This document shows positions 39,082 through 48,510 of a stretch of 64,000 nt of DNA, piece by piece. The DNA is from Gemmatimonadaceae bacterium (GTDB lineage: Bacteria; Gemmatimonadota; Gemmatimonadetes; Gemmatimonadales; Gemmatimonadaceae), in contig DAINRQ010000030.1 in NCBI GenBank assembly GCA_036741775.1, positions 477-64,476 on the forward strand. Reading direction: 5' to 3'. Within the stretch, counting starts at the first letter, position 1; each line of letters opens with the position of its first letter. Under the pieces are notes generated by a model. That model saw only the letters and a list, made by a program, of their open reading frames with translations, was not told where the DNA came from and did not search any database. The position numbers and the translations under genes are program-made.

Positions 39082-40238
39082 CCCGCCACCGCTGCGGACC
39101 GGCCGGACGCCAGTCCCGTCGCGCGACCGTCCAGCTCACGTTCCACGAAGAGCCGCAAGATGTGCATGAAGTCCTGAGCGTTGGTAACGACGCCGAACGC
39201 CTGGTGCGTCCCGCGATCCTTGAGCTTCCCGACGACGAACTCCGCCGAGTCCACGCAGATGGTCGGAAGCTCGCGAAGCGTTCCATCGGGATCGGCGACG
39301 AACGCCGGGAGCATGTTGCCAGTGGCAATGGCGTGCAGCGCCGTGGCGATCATGATCGCCATCGTCGCGCGAGCGGTGTGCGCCTTCATCGCGTCCTGCG
39401 CGGCCGACATGTCGGTGTACACGTCAGGCAGCGGACCATCATCGCGAATGGAGCCGCAGAGCACGAACGGCACGCCCTTCCGGACGCACGCGTGCATGAT
39501 GCCGTCGGTAATGACACCCGCTTCCACCGCGCGCTGAATGGACCCGGCCGCCCTCACCTTGTTGATCGCGCGCATGTGCAGGCCGTGCCCGCCGACGGTC
39601 GTCTCACCGCTGCCCGACATGCCGAGCGTCGTGCCGAAGATCGAGGCCTCGATGTCGTGAACGGCGACCGCGTTGCCGGCGAGCAACGCGCTCACGAAGC
39701 CGTTCATGATGAACCACGTCATGTCGGCGCGCGCGCGCGAGTGCACGAGCGCCGGCCCCGTCACCCACACGATGTAGCCACCTCGCTCCCGCTCGTCGAT
39801 CAGCATTCGCGCGAGGTGGACGTAATCCACGGGCTTCTCGCGCGACACCTCGCTGGCCATGAACTTGAACTCGCCGTCGTCGTTTCGCGCGGCAACCTCG
39901 GTGTGGACGAAAATCCCCTCGGTGCCGTCTTCCTTCTTCCCCACAGCGACGAGCTCGCCGGCCTTCACGCGACGCATCTCGCGAACCCAGAGCTCGCCGT
40001 TCGCGTCGAGCACGAGCGCGGCGTCCATCCGCGGCTCGTGCGGCAACGTCCACTCGCCACGCACACGGACGTAGGTGGGAAGGTTGGTCGTCGAGAAGAA
40101 GTCCTCGGGCAGCACGCCGTCGGCCGGCGCGGGCACGAATTGCGCGTCGGGCGCGCTCACCAGGCGGGGCGCGCTGAAGTCGGGAGGCGGTATGATCGGC
40201 ACGATCGAAAGATGCCTGACGGGCGTAGCTCGGGCCAA
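39078..40238 (-). CDS. LOR/SDH conserved-domain (TIGR00300-like) protein
   Basis: [14 protein letters not shown]...[11 protein letters not shown]...[16 protein letters not shown]... recalls the TIGR00300 / saccharopine-dehydrogenase-N-like family. Assignment is from memory only. Confidence 0.45.
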   Translation of the reverse strand: MARATPVRHLSIVPIIPPPDFSAPRLVSAPDAQFVPAPADGVLPEDFFSTTNLPTYVRVRGEWTLPHEPRMDAALVLDANGELWVREMRRVKAGELVAVGKKEDGTEGIFVHTEVAARNDDGEFKFMASEVSREKPVDYVHLARMLIDERERGGYIVWVTGPALVHSRARADMTWFIMNGFVSALLAGNAVAVHDIEASIFGTTLGMSGSGETTVGGHGLHMRAINKVRAAGSIQRAVEAGVITDGIMHACVRKGVPFVLCGSIRDDGPLPDVYTDMSAAQDAMKAHTARATMAIMIATALHAIATGNMLPAFVADPDGTLRELPTICVDSAEFVVGKLKDRGTHQAFGVVTNAQDFMHILRLFVERELDGRATGLASGRSAAVAG

Positions 40239-40361
40239 GCCCCGGCCTCGGGTGATTCTTTCCCGACAGCCCGTCGGGGATCAACCCCCTGTCATCCGAC
40301 AGTCCCCGGCCGCAGACTGCACCCTGATACCCCTTCCCCACCGGATCCGCGGAGGCCCCGA

Positions 40362-42347
40362 ATGCCATCCATCGCCCGTTACGCTCGCCGGGCCGTCGTC
40401 GCGATCGTCGCGGCCGGCTTCGCTCCCGGGATTGGCGCGGTCGCCCTGGCGCAGCCGACTGTGCAGCGCGACAGTGCGCTCGTGGCGCGCCGAGACTCCC
40501 TCGAGCGCGAGCTTCAGCGCATTGCCGTCGTCGAGCGGAAGCTCATGGTGCCCATGCGTGACGGCGCGCGGATGCAGTTCGACGTCTACCGCCCGAAGGA
40601 GGCCGCCGGACCGGTGCCGGCGATCTTCGTGCGAACGCCGTACAACATGAACTTCTGGGACGTGCAGCTCCGCGCGCCGGCGGACATGAGCGCTCAGCTC
40701 GAGGCGGTGAAGCGTGGGTACGCCTACGTCGGCGCGAACGAACGGGGCCATTTCTTCTCCGAGGGCAACTACGACATCCTGGGTCCGCCGGTCACGGATG
40801 GCGTGGACGAGATCGAGTGGATCGCGTCGCGGCCCTGGTCGAACGGCAAGGTGGGGTTGATCGGCTGTTCGTCCACGGCCGAGTGGCAGATGGCCGTCGC
40901 CGCGCAGGGCCCGCGGGGGTTGGGCACGATCATCCCCCAGGGGTTCGGCGCAGGGGTCGGACGCGTGAAGCCCTACTACGAGCAGGGGAACTGGTATCGC
41001 GGCGGCGCGGTCCAGCAGCTGTTCATCAGCTGGTTGTACGGCCAGCAGAACCAGGTACGGCCGATGTTCCCGCCGAACACGCCGCAGGAGGAATTGATTC
41101 GTGCGGCGAAGTCGTACGACCTCGCGCAGCGACTACCGCCGGTGGACTGGGCGAAAGCGTTCTGGCATCTACCGACGCAGGACCTCATCAAGGCAGTGGA
41201 CGGGCCACGGGGGATCTTCGCCGACTCGATGCCGGGCATCGCCACCGGCGGCGCGATGATCAAGCGCACGCCTAACGACTCGGCGTGGTATCGCGGGGGG
41301 CTCTTCCACGATGACATGAAGATCAACGTGCCGGGGCTCTGGATCATGACCTGGTACGACGTGTCGGTCGGGCCGAATCTCGCGACGTACAACCACGTGC
41401 GGCGCACTGCCGACTCCGCGGTCGCGAATCAGCAGTACGCGGTCATCGCACCGACGCTGCACTGTGCGCAGCGGCGGGCGACCGAGAACACGGTTGTCGG
41501 GGAACGCAGCGTCGGCGACGCGCGCTACGATTACGACGCCCTCACCTACGGCTGGTTCGACCACTTCCTCAAAGGGAAGGACAGCGGGCTGCTCGATACG
41601 ATGCCGAAGGTCCGCTACTTCACCATGGGCTCGAACAAGTGGCAGACGTCGGACACGTGGCCCCCCCGCGGCGCGCAGCCGATGACGTTCTACCTCTCGA
41701 GCAACGGCAGCGCGAACACGCGGAACGGCGACGGCGTGCTGACGACGCGGCTGCCGGCGCGCGATCGGCCCGACACGTTCTCGTACGACCCGAAGAACCC
41801 GGTGCCGTCGCGCGGAGGCAACGTCTGCTGCCAGGGCAACGCGGTGTCGGGCGGCGCGTTCGATCAGCGAGAGATCGAGCTGCGTCCCGACGTCCTCGTA
41901 TACACGACGGAGCCGCTGAAGGAAGGACTGGAGGTGTCCGGTCCGATCGACGTGACGATCTATCTCTCATCCGACCGAAAGGACACGGACGTCACGGTGA
42001 AGGTGCTCGACGTCTATCCCGACGGCCGGGCGTACAACCTCGACGAGACGATCCAACGCGTGCGCTACCGCGAGGGGTACGACAAGCCGCCGACGTGGAT
42101 GGAGCCAGGCAAGGTGTATAAGGTCCAGTTGCAACCGATGACGACGAGCAACTGGTTCGCGCCCGGTCACCGCATCCGGATCGAAGTGTCAAGCTCGAAC
42201 TTTCCGCGATTCGACCGCAACCTCAACACGGGCGGCAAGAACTACGACGAGGTTACCGGGCTCGTGGCGAAGAACAGCATTCACCACTCGAGGCAGTATC
42301 CGTCGCAGATCACGGTGTCCGTGGCAAAGAAGCCACCGGCGATGTAA
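40362..42347 (+). CDS. CocE/NonD-family hydrolase (peptidase S15, X-Pro dipeptidyl-peptidase-like), secreted
   Basis: ATG 40362 with GGAGG 6 nt upstream. Signal-like [17 protein letters not shown]; [17 protein letters not shown] (nucleophile elbow) and [14 protein letters not shown]. The 1199-aa track ORF is an out-of-frame upstream extension. Confidence 0.75.
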   Translation: MPSIARYARRAVVAIVAAGFAPGIGAVALAQPTVQRDSALVARRDSLERELQRIAVVERKLMVPMRDGARMQFDVYRPKEAAGPVPAIFVRTPYNMNFWDVQLRAPADMSAQLEAVKRGYAYVGANERGHFFSEGNYDILGPPVTDGVDEIEWIASRPWSNGKVGLIGCSSTAEWQMAVAAQGPRGLGTIIPQGFGAGVGRVKPYYEQGNWYRGGAVQQLFISWLYGQQNQVRPMFPPNTPQEELIRAAKSYDLAQRLPPVDWAKAFWHLPTQDLIKAVDGPRGIFADSMPGIATGGAMIKRTPNDSAWYRGGLFHDDMKINVPGLWIMTWYDVSVGPNLATYNHVRRTADSAVANQQYAVIAPTLHCAQRRATENTVVGERSVGDARYDYDALTYGWFDHFLKGKDSGLLDTMPKVRYFTMGSNKWQTSDTWPPRGAQPMTFYLSSNGSANTRNGDGVLTTRLPARDRPDTFSYDPKNPVPSRGGNVCCQGNAVSGGAFDQREIELRPDVLVYTTEPLKEGLEVSGPIDVTIYLSSDRKDTDVTVKVLDVYPDGRAYNLDETIQRVRYREGYDKPPTWMEPGKVYKVQLQPMTTSNWFAPGHRIRIEVSSSNFPRFDRNLNTGGKNYDEVTGLVAKNSIHHSRQYPSQITVSVAKKPPAM

Positions 42348-42424
42348 ACGGGGTCAGAGTCGAATATCATCGTTCCGTTGCGGCCGCAACGGAACGATGA
42401 TATTCGACTCTGACCCCGTTTACA
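42343..42424. repeat. perfect 82-nt palindrome centred on GCGGCCGC; probable bidirectional terminator
   Basis: tgtaaacggggtcagagtcgaatatcatcgttccgttgcggc | gccgcaacggaacgatgatattcgactctgaccccgtttaca. I checked every position from 42343 to 42424 as complementary. It contains the TAA of the S15 hydrolase gene and the TAA of priA. Confidence 0.9.
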
Positions 42425-44672
42425 GCAGGCTCACCGGATCGCGATCCAGCGCAACGCGGAGCTGAGCCCGATCCTTCGGCACGGCAAGGCGCTCGACGAG
42501 AAACCGGCACGCGCGCGTGAGCAACGCCGGGTTCGCGCACTTGAGCAGGAGGTGCCACCGCCAGCGCGTCTTCACCCGCTCGATGGGACAGGGCGCCGGC
42601 CCGACGACCGTGATCTCGTTCCCATACCGCGTGATCGCCTTGCGCAGCCGAGTCGCCGCCGTCATCGCGAGCTGCTCCGTGTCGCTCTCGCGCAGCCCCG
42701 AAAACACCACGTTCGCGAGACGCGTGAGCGGCGGGTACAACGGGTCCGCCCTGCCCTCCATCTCCTCCTCGACGAACGACGCATAGTCGTGCGACACGGC
42801 GCACTTCACCGCGTGATGCGACGGGACGCGGGTCTGCACGAGCACGTGCCCCCCCTTCGGGCCGCGCCCCGCACGGCCCGCCACCTGGCTCAGGAGCTGG
42901 AAGCACCGCTCGGACGAGCGGAAATCGGGAAGGTTGATCCCCACGTCGGCGTCGATCACGCCCACGAGCGTCACGTTCGGGAAATCGAGCCCCTTCGCGA
43001 TCATCTGCGTGCCGAGGAGCACGTCCACTTCCCCGCGGCCGACGCGGTCGAGGATGTCGGCGTGCGCCCACTTCCCGGTGGTCGTGTCCACGTCCATGCG
43101 TGCCACCCGGGCTGACGGAAAACGCTCGGCGAGAAGACGTTCCACCTGCTGGGTCCCGAGACCACGGCGGCGTAGCGTCTCGCCGTCGCAGCGACGGCAC
43201 CGCGGTGACGGCTCCTCCTTGTGAAGACAGTAGTGACACACGAGACGCTCGGGCATGCGATGGTACGTGAGCGAGATCGTGCAATTCGGGCACGTGGACA
43301 CTTCACCGCAGTAGCTGCATTGCACAAACGACGCATACCCGCGCCGATTGAGGAGCAGAATGCTCTGCTCCGAGCGCGTGAGGCGATCACGCAGCGCGCT
43401 CTCGAGCTCGTCGCTCACGACGAGACGGAACGGATCGGGCGGCGCGCTCGACGCCGCGCGAGCGGGGCCACGCATGTCCACGACGTCCACGCGCGGGAGC
43501 TGGCCGCCACCAACGCGGTCGGGCAACGAGAGGCGCCGGTACTTCCCCCCTTCCGCGTTGCTCCAGCTCTCGAGGCTCGGCGTCGCACTCCCGAGGACGA
43601 CGACCGCGCCTTCCTGCCGTGCGCGCACGATCGCGACCTCGCGCGCGTGATACCGCGGCGACTCGCCCTGCTTGTAGCTCCCCTCGTGCTCTTCGTCCAC
43701 GATGATCGCGCCGACGTTCCGGAGCGGCGCGAAGATGGCCGAGCGTGCACCGACGGCAATGCGTTTCTCGCCGCGCCGTAGTGCGAGCCACGCATCGTAG
43801 CGCTCGCCGTCACTGAGCGCCGAGTGTAGAACGGCGATCGAGTCACCGAAGACCTGGCGGAAGCGATCGACCGTCTGCGGCGTAAGCGCGATCTCCGGCA
43901 CCAACACAATCGCCGTCTGGCCGCGCTCCCGCACGACGCGCTCGAGCACCTCGATGTACACGAGCGTCTTGCCGCTGCCCGTGATTCCGTGAAGCAGGAA
44001 CACCTCTCCCGGCGAACCGGACGTTATGGCATCGACGGCGCGCTGCTGGTCACGCGTGGGGGCATGACGCCGCCCGGTCAGCGGCGCCCGCAGGGCAAAG
44101 GGGTCACGCGTGACGATCTCGTCGTCGACCGTCACCAACCCGCGGGCCACGAGCCCCTTGAGCACGGACGGCGAGAAGCTCAGCTGCTCGACGAGGTGTT
44201 CCACCGGAGATCTACCCCCGAGCGACTCGAGCAGCTCGAAGAGCGCGCGCTGTTGCGGTGCCCGGGCGAAGATGCGGTCCCGTCGCATGAGCGACGGGAG
44301 CTCGGCCACGATGGTCGCCACGCGCCGCGTCTTCTGCGACGGGGTCGGCGTATCCGCACCCGTGAGCAGCGTCGGCAGCGCGCAGCGTAGCGCGATGCCT
44401 AACGGCACAACGTAGTACGACGCGATCCACCGGCAGAGCTCGAGCATCGACCCGTCGATGGCGGGCTCGGCGTCGGGAACGTCGGCGACCGGCTTGTAGT
44501 GTCGCGTTGGGTCAGTCGGCTGGGAGAAGCCGACGCAGACGCCGATCTCCTTTCGATTCCGGAACGGCACGAGCACGCGCGTGCCGGGGACGATCGCGTT
44601 CGCGAAGTCCTGGTCGACCTGGTACGAGAACGTGGTGAAGAGCGGGAGTGGTAGCGCGACTTCGACCAGCAC
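42420..44672 (-). CDS. priA: primosomal protein N' (replication restart helicase PriA)
   Basis: Walker A GITGSGKT, DEEH box, Zn-binding CxxC repeats (CSYCGEVSTCPNCTISLTYH...CHYC...CRRC). Start set to GTG 44672, one nt after the epimerase stop. Confidence 0.9.
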   Translation of the reverse strand: MLVEVALPLPLFTTFSYQVDQDFANAIVPGTRVLVPFRNRKEIGVCVGFSQPTDPTRHYKPVADVPDAEPAIDGSMLELCRWIASYYVVPLGIALRCALPTLLTGADTPTPSQKTRRVATIVAELPSLMRRDRIFARAPQQRALFELLESLGGRSPVEHLVEQLSFSPSVLKGLVARGLVTVDDEIVTRDPFALRAPLTGRRHAPTRDQQRAVDAITSGSPGEVFLLHGITGSGKTLVYIEVLERVVRERGQTAIVLVPEIALTPQTVDRFRQVFGDSIAVLHSALSDGERYDAWLALRRGEKRIAVGARSAIFAPLRNVGAIIVDEEHEGSYKQGESPRYHAREVAIVRARQEGAVVVLGSATPSLESWSNAEGGKYRRLSLPDRVGGGQLPRVDVVDMRGPARAASSAPPDPFRLVVSDELESALRDRLTRSEQSILLLNRRGYASFVQCSYCGEVSTCPNCTISLTYHRMPERLVCHYCLHKEEPSPRCRRCDGETLRRRGLGTQQVERLLAERFPSARVARMDVDTTTGKWAHADILDRVGRGEVDVLLGTQMIAKGLDFPNVTLVGVIDADVGINLPDFRSSERCFQLLSQVAGRAGRGPKGGHVLVQTRVPSHHAVKCAVSHDYASFVEEEMEGRADPLYPPLTRLANVVFSGLRESDTEQLAMTAATRLRKAITRYGNEITVVGPAPCPIERVKTRWRWHLLLKCANPALLTRACRFLVERLAVPKDRAQLRVALDRDPVSLL

Positions 44673-44673
44673 G

Positions 44674-45720
44674 TCAGCCGTCGTACGCGGCAGCCGCGTC
44701 CCTGCGCGTGACGCCGAGGCCGGGCGCCTCGGGAAGGACGATCGTGCCGCCGTCGATCGTCGCGCCGACGAAGGGGTCGTGCGCAAGCAGCGCCGCCCCA
44801 TCAAGGTCCGCGTAGTCGAGCAGCGCGGCGAATTGCGCCGCCGCCGTGATGCCGAGACTCGTCTCGACCATGCAGCCCGCCATCACCGACATGTCGTGCG
44901 CGCGGGCGGCCGCGATGATCCTCAGCGCTTCGCGAATCCCGCCACACTTCGCGAGCTTGAGGTTGATCCCGTCCACGGCCCCGGCCAGTCGCGGAATGTC
45001 AGTAGCCACGAGGCAGGATTCGTCAGCGATGATCGGGAGTGGCGATCGGTCGCGAACGAATCGGAGTCCCTCGATGTCATGCGCCGCAACAGGCTGCTCG
45101 ACGAACTCGACGTCGTAGTCGAGGAGCACGTCGATCATGTGCAGGGCATGTTTGGGCGTCCACGCGGCATTCGCATCCACACGGAGAATCTTATCCGGCG
45201 CGGACGCACGGACGCCGGCAATCGTGTCCGCGTCTCGTGGGCCTCCGAGCTTGACCTTGAGGACCGGGTACGGCGCGGCGTCGTCGAGCGCGCGGCGGAG
45301 GGCGTCGTCGTCGGCCGTGATCGGGATCGTGAAGCTCGACGGCGGCGCCTTCGCCGGATCGAGCCCCAGCATCCGGTGCAGCGCGACGCCGAGCCGTTTG
45401 GCGGCGAGGTCGTGGAGGGCGGCGCTCACCGCCGCTTTCGCGGACGCGTTGTACCGAAGCGTGCGGTGCATCTCCGCCTCGATTGCCTCGAGCGACCACG
45501 CGTGTGCCTCGGCCAGCACCGGCGCGAGCCGATCGAGCGCGGCGATGACGGTTTCCGTCGTCTCGCCATAGAATCGGCTCGGCGCCGCCTGGCCCCACCC
45601 TTCCGCTCCATCGTCGTCGACGACGCGTACCCAGACCAGACGCCATTCGCTCGACCCGCCGCGCGCGATCACGAACGGGGTCCGCGTGCGCACGGTGACG
45701 ATCTCGTGGAACAATCTCAT
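44674..45720 (-). CDS. dipeptide (L-Ala-D/L-Glu-type) epimerase, enolase superfamily
   Basis: KVKLGG..., RVDANAAW, VEQP, IIADES and LKLAKCGG follow the MR/MLE-family pattern. The specific substrate is inferred from cell-wall recycling genes elsewhere in the window, not from adjacent genes. Confidence 0.7.
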   Translation of the reverse strand: MRLFHEIVTVRTRTPFVIARGGSSEWRLVWVRVVDDDGAEGWGQAAPSRFYGETTETVIAALDRLAPVLAEAHAWSLEAIEAEMHRTLRYNASAKAAVSAALHDLAAKRLGVALHRMLGLDPAKAPPSSFTIPITADDDALRRALDDAAPYPVLKVKLGGPRDADTIAGVRASAPDKILRVDANAAWTPKHALHMIDVLLDYDVEFVEQPVAAHDIEGLRFVRDRSPLPIIADESCLVATDIPRLAGAVDGINLKLAKCGGIREALRIIAAARAHDMSVMAGCMVETSLGITAAAQFAALLDYADLDGAALLAHDPFVGATIDGGTIVLPEAPGLGVTRRDAAAAYDG

Positions 45721-46727
45721 AGCGGCGTGGCGGGCGCGCCACCGCCGCGGCGGGCGAACCAGGCCGAGCGCGTCTCGCCGGGAGCGTTGAGGGTGAGGAC
45801 GTATGCGAGCAGGGCGTCGGCGAGCTCGGCGCCCGTCTGGTAGCGAGCGTCAGCCGGCTTCGCGAGACACCGCATGACGAGCGCCGAAAGCTCGGGAGGC
45901 ACGCGCGAGTCCACGACATCGGGCGCCGCGGCCGTCTCGTGCACGTGCTTGTAGCCCACCGAATACGAATCGGCGCCATCGAACGGCGGGAAGCCGAGCA
46001 GCATCTCGTAGAGCATCACGCCCACGGCATAGATGTCGCTCCGTCCGTCGACCATCTTCCCCATGGCCTGCTCGGGCGACATGTAATGCGGCGTACCCAT
46101 GGCGCGTCCCGTCCCCGTTAGGCGGCCGTGAAAGCGGGCCGTCGCAATGCCGAAGTCGGTGATGAGCGCGTGACCGTCCTCGTCGAAGAGCACGTTGTCG
46201 GGCTTGACGTCGCGGTGGACGACCCCGCGCCGGTGCGCGTAGTCGAGGGCGCTCGCCACCTGCGCGCACACGGTGGACGCCGGCCCCGGCGCGACGGTGC
46301 GCTCCTTGACCAGCACGTCGGCGAGCGACCCGCCAGCCAGGTACGGCATGACGATGAACACCGCCTCCGCCGCCTCCGCGTAGTCGATGATGGTGCAGAT
46401 GTGCGGGTGCACGAGCTGACTCGCCGCCTCGGCTTCACGCCGGAAGCGCTCGCGCATCTCGGCGTCGCGCGCGAGGTGCGTGTGTAGCACCTTGATCACG
46501 AGCGGACGCTCGAGCAGTTGATGCTCGGCGTAGTACACGTTCGCCATCCCGCCGCTGCCGAGCCGGCGGATCACGCGGTAACGGCTTCCCGTGATGCGCC
46601 GCAGGGCGGTCAACTCCTCGTCGGGCCGTTCGCGCGGAGCGTCCGGGACCTCTGGTAGCTCGGTCGCGCACCGGGTGCAGTGCACCGCCCGCGTCCGGTT
46701 CCACGTCCCACAGTCTGGACAGAACAC
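45717..46727 (-). CDS. Ser/Thr protein kinase with N-terminal zinc ribbon
   Basis: Start GTG 46727 (FCPDCGTWNRTRAVHCTRCATEL), 2 nt after the gvpF-like stop. Kinase motifs LGSGGMANVY, VIKVL, HRDVKPDN, DFG and SPEQ. Confidence 0.85.
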   Translation of the reverse strand: MFCPDCGTWNRTRAVHCTRCATELPEVPDAPRERPDEELTALRRITGSRYRVIRRLGSGGMANVYYAEHQLLERPLVIKVLHTHLARDAEMRERFRREAEAASQLVHPHICTIIDYAEAAEAVFIVMPYLAGGSLADVLVKERTVAPGPASTVCAQVASALDYAHRRGVVHRDVKPDNVLFDEDGHALITDFGIATARFHGRLTGTGRAMGTPHYMSPEQAMGKMVDGRSDIYAVGVMLYEMLLGFPPFDGADSYSVGYKHVHETAAAPDVVDSRVPPELSALVMRCLAKPADARYQTGAELADALLAYVLTLNAPGETRSAWFARRGGGAPATPL

Positions 46728-46729
46728 CG

Positions 46730-47368
46730 TCAGGCTCCGAACTGCATGCGGACGAAGTCGTACGGCGGCCACGGTCCCGTGCACTCCACGCGCATCTCGC
46801 GCAGGCGTCGCTGCTCCTCCCGCACGATGTCGTTGAACACCTCCCAGCGGTCGCGCTCCACGAGGAACGACGCGCGGGCGATCGGCATGATGATGCCGGA
46901 GTGGTTGCTCACGACGAGCGATGCAATGGCGTGGCGGCGGAGCAGTCGAAAGCTCTCGTCCGCCGCCGTGTCGAGGAGGTCCGCGTCGATCGCCATCGCC
47001 ATCGTGTTGTCCGGCTCCTGGCCGTACGACACGCTGACCCGCGCCATCGCGCGATCGGTCACGAACGTGAGCGCCTCGAGCAAGGTGAAGTAGTGCAGCT
47101 CGAGCCACCGCAGGAGCGAATCGCGACTGCGAAACACGGTTCCGAACGGCGCCGGCACGATCGTCTGGCGGCCGAACACGCCCTCGATGACGCGCCGATA
47201 TTCCGCGACGTGTTGGGCGGTTGCCGACGGCGCCGCATACGGCGAATCGGCCACGAGCGCGCCGAGGTCGCGAAACGAGACGACGTTCACGCCGCGCATG
47301 GGCGTCGTCCCGGAGATGTCGAGCGAGATGATCCCGAACAGCTGCAGCGCGTGCTGGGCCGGCGGCAC
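46730..47368 (-). CDS. orphan GvpL/GvpF-family protein
   Basis: IVPAPFGTVFRSRDSL and C-terminal CTGPWPPYDFV, as in the three gvpF/L genes at 13.9-18.7 kb. Confidence 0.75.
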   Translation of the reverse strand: MPPAQHALQLFGIISLDISGTTPMRGVNVVSFRDLGALVADSPYAAPSATAQHVAEYRRVIEGVFGRQTIVPAPFGTVFRSRDSLLRWLELHYFTLLEALTFVTDRAMARVSVSYGQEPDNTMAMAIDADLLDTAADESFRLLRRHAIASLVVSNHSGIIMPIARASFLVERDRWEVFNDIVREEQRRLREMRVECTGPWPPYDFVRMQFGA

Positions 47369-47369
47369 G

Positions 47370-48188
47370 TCAGCTCTCCTGTCTGGCGTGAGGCCACTTC
47401 ACTCCCTTCAGCAGCTGAAATCCAAGTGCACGCTCTCGCGTCAGCTCCTTGAGCAGCGCGCGTTCGCGCGCGACTGCGCCGCGCGCCCCCTTCCATCCGA
47501 GCTGGCGCCACGCTCGACCAGCGATTTGTACCTTCTGCTGCCACGTGAGCACCGGCTCCTCTTCCTCGGCCGCCGCTTTCGCGCCGGCCTCGGTCCAGTC
47601 CTGGACCTGGATCTCGACGAGCCCCGCCTCGCGCATCATCTGCTTCCACTCGATCAGCAGGCGAGGTCGAAGTCCGAGCCGTTCCACGAGCATCTCGCGG
47701 GCGGACTCGCTCATGTCGGAGCTCCAGGTCAACTCCAACAAGACGACGGGCCCCATCGGCTTGGTCACGCGGGCCAGCTCCGCGACGGCACGCTCGGGGT
47801 CCTCGGCCGCGGAGAGGAGCGGTTCGGCCAGCGCCGCGTCGAAGACGTTGGTCTCGTGCGGCAGGTCATCGAGCTGGCCGTGTTGGTAGGACAGCGCCAG
47901 CGGTGTCTTCAGGACGCGCGCACGCGCTTCGGCACGTTCTACGCGCGCTTCGTCGGCATCGACGCCCGTGACCGAGGCACCGGTGCGGGCTGCCAACCAT
48001 TCGCTCGTTTCACCCTCGCCCGCTCCCGACACGAGAATCTCCTTGCCGGGTTGCGCCTCCATGAGGGAGGCGACCTCGCGGTACAGCTCTTCCCCCGTCG
48101 CGCGCCAGCGTCCGAGTACCATCATCTGGACGAGCCGCAATACGGCAGGCACTGGCGGAACGCGCGGCGGGGCGCTCATGACGGCCAA
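47370..48188 (-). CDS. class I SAM-dependent methyltransferase (putative)
   Basis: Motif I-like ILVSGAGEGETSEWLA and post-I VTGVDADE. Its stop lies 1 nt before the gvpF-like start. Confidence 0.55.
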   Translation of the reverse strand: MAVMSAPPRVPPVPAVLRLVQMMVLGRWRATGEELYREVASLMEAQPGKEILVSGAGEGETSEWLAARTGASVTGVDADEARVERAEARARVLKTPLALSYQHGQLDDLPHETNVFDAALAEPLLSAAEDPERAVAELARVTKPMGPVVLLELTWSSDMSESAREMLVERLGLRPRLLIEWKQMMREAGLVEIQVQDWTEAGAKAAAEEEEPVLTWQQKVQIAGRAWRQLGWKGARGAVARERALLKELTRERALGFQLLKGVKWPHARQES

Positions 48189-48335
48189 AGTATATCTGGG
48201 TACCGTGACTCTTGGGAGGACGTGCCAGGTGCGTCGGAGGACGCGCCGGGTCTCGTCGGGCGTGGTCGGACCGCGACAGGGCAGCCAGCACGACAGGCTC
48301 GGCGGCGCGGCTGGGCAGCAAGCAGTCGTCGGTTG

Positions 48336-48435
48336 TCAGTCGGGAGTCGTCAGTTCCCAGTCATCCAGTCGTGAGTTCGGAGTACGTACTCACAACTCAT
48401 GACTGGATGACTCGGGACTGATGACTGCCGACTCA
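48336..48435. repeat. ~100-nt imperfect palindrome made of AGTCNNN heptads
   Basis: AGTCGGG AGTCGTC AGTTCCC AGTCATCC AGTCGTG AGTTCGG AGTAC | GTACT..., then the inverted complement, centred on gtac|gtac at 48385/48386. About 40 of 50 positions pair. Sits downstream of the HDAC-family gene. Confidence 0.8.
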
Positions 48436-48510
48436 ATACTGACCACTGATCACTGCGCCGGCCGTGCCGCGCACCATGACCGTCCGATATCGCCCCTGGA
48501 TGCGTAGGGC

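Noticed and set aside
38748-42347. 1199-aa ORF, the longest in the track
   Set aside because: Only the last 661 codons (from ATG 40362, preceded by GGAGG) look like a real protein, an S15 hydrolase. The first ~540 codons run antisense or out of frame across two well-supported minus-strand genes and read as Arg/Pro/Ala-rich noise, typical of open alternative frames in high-GC DNA.
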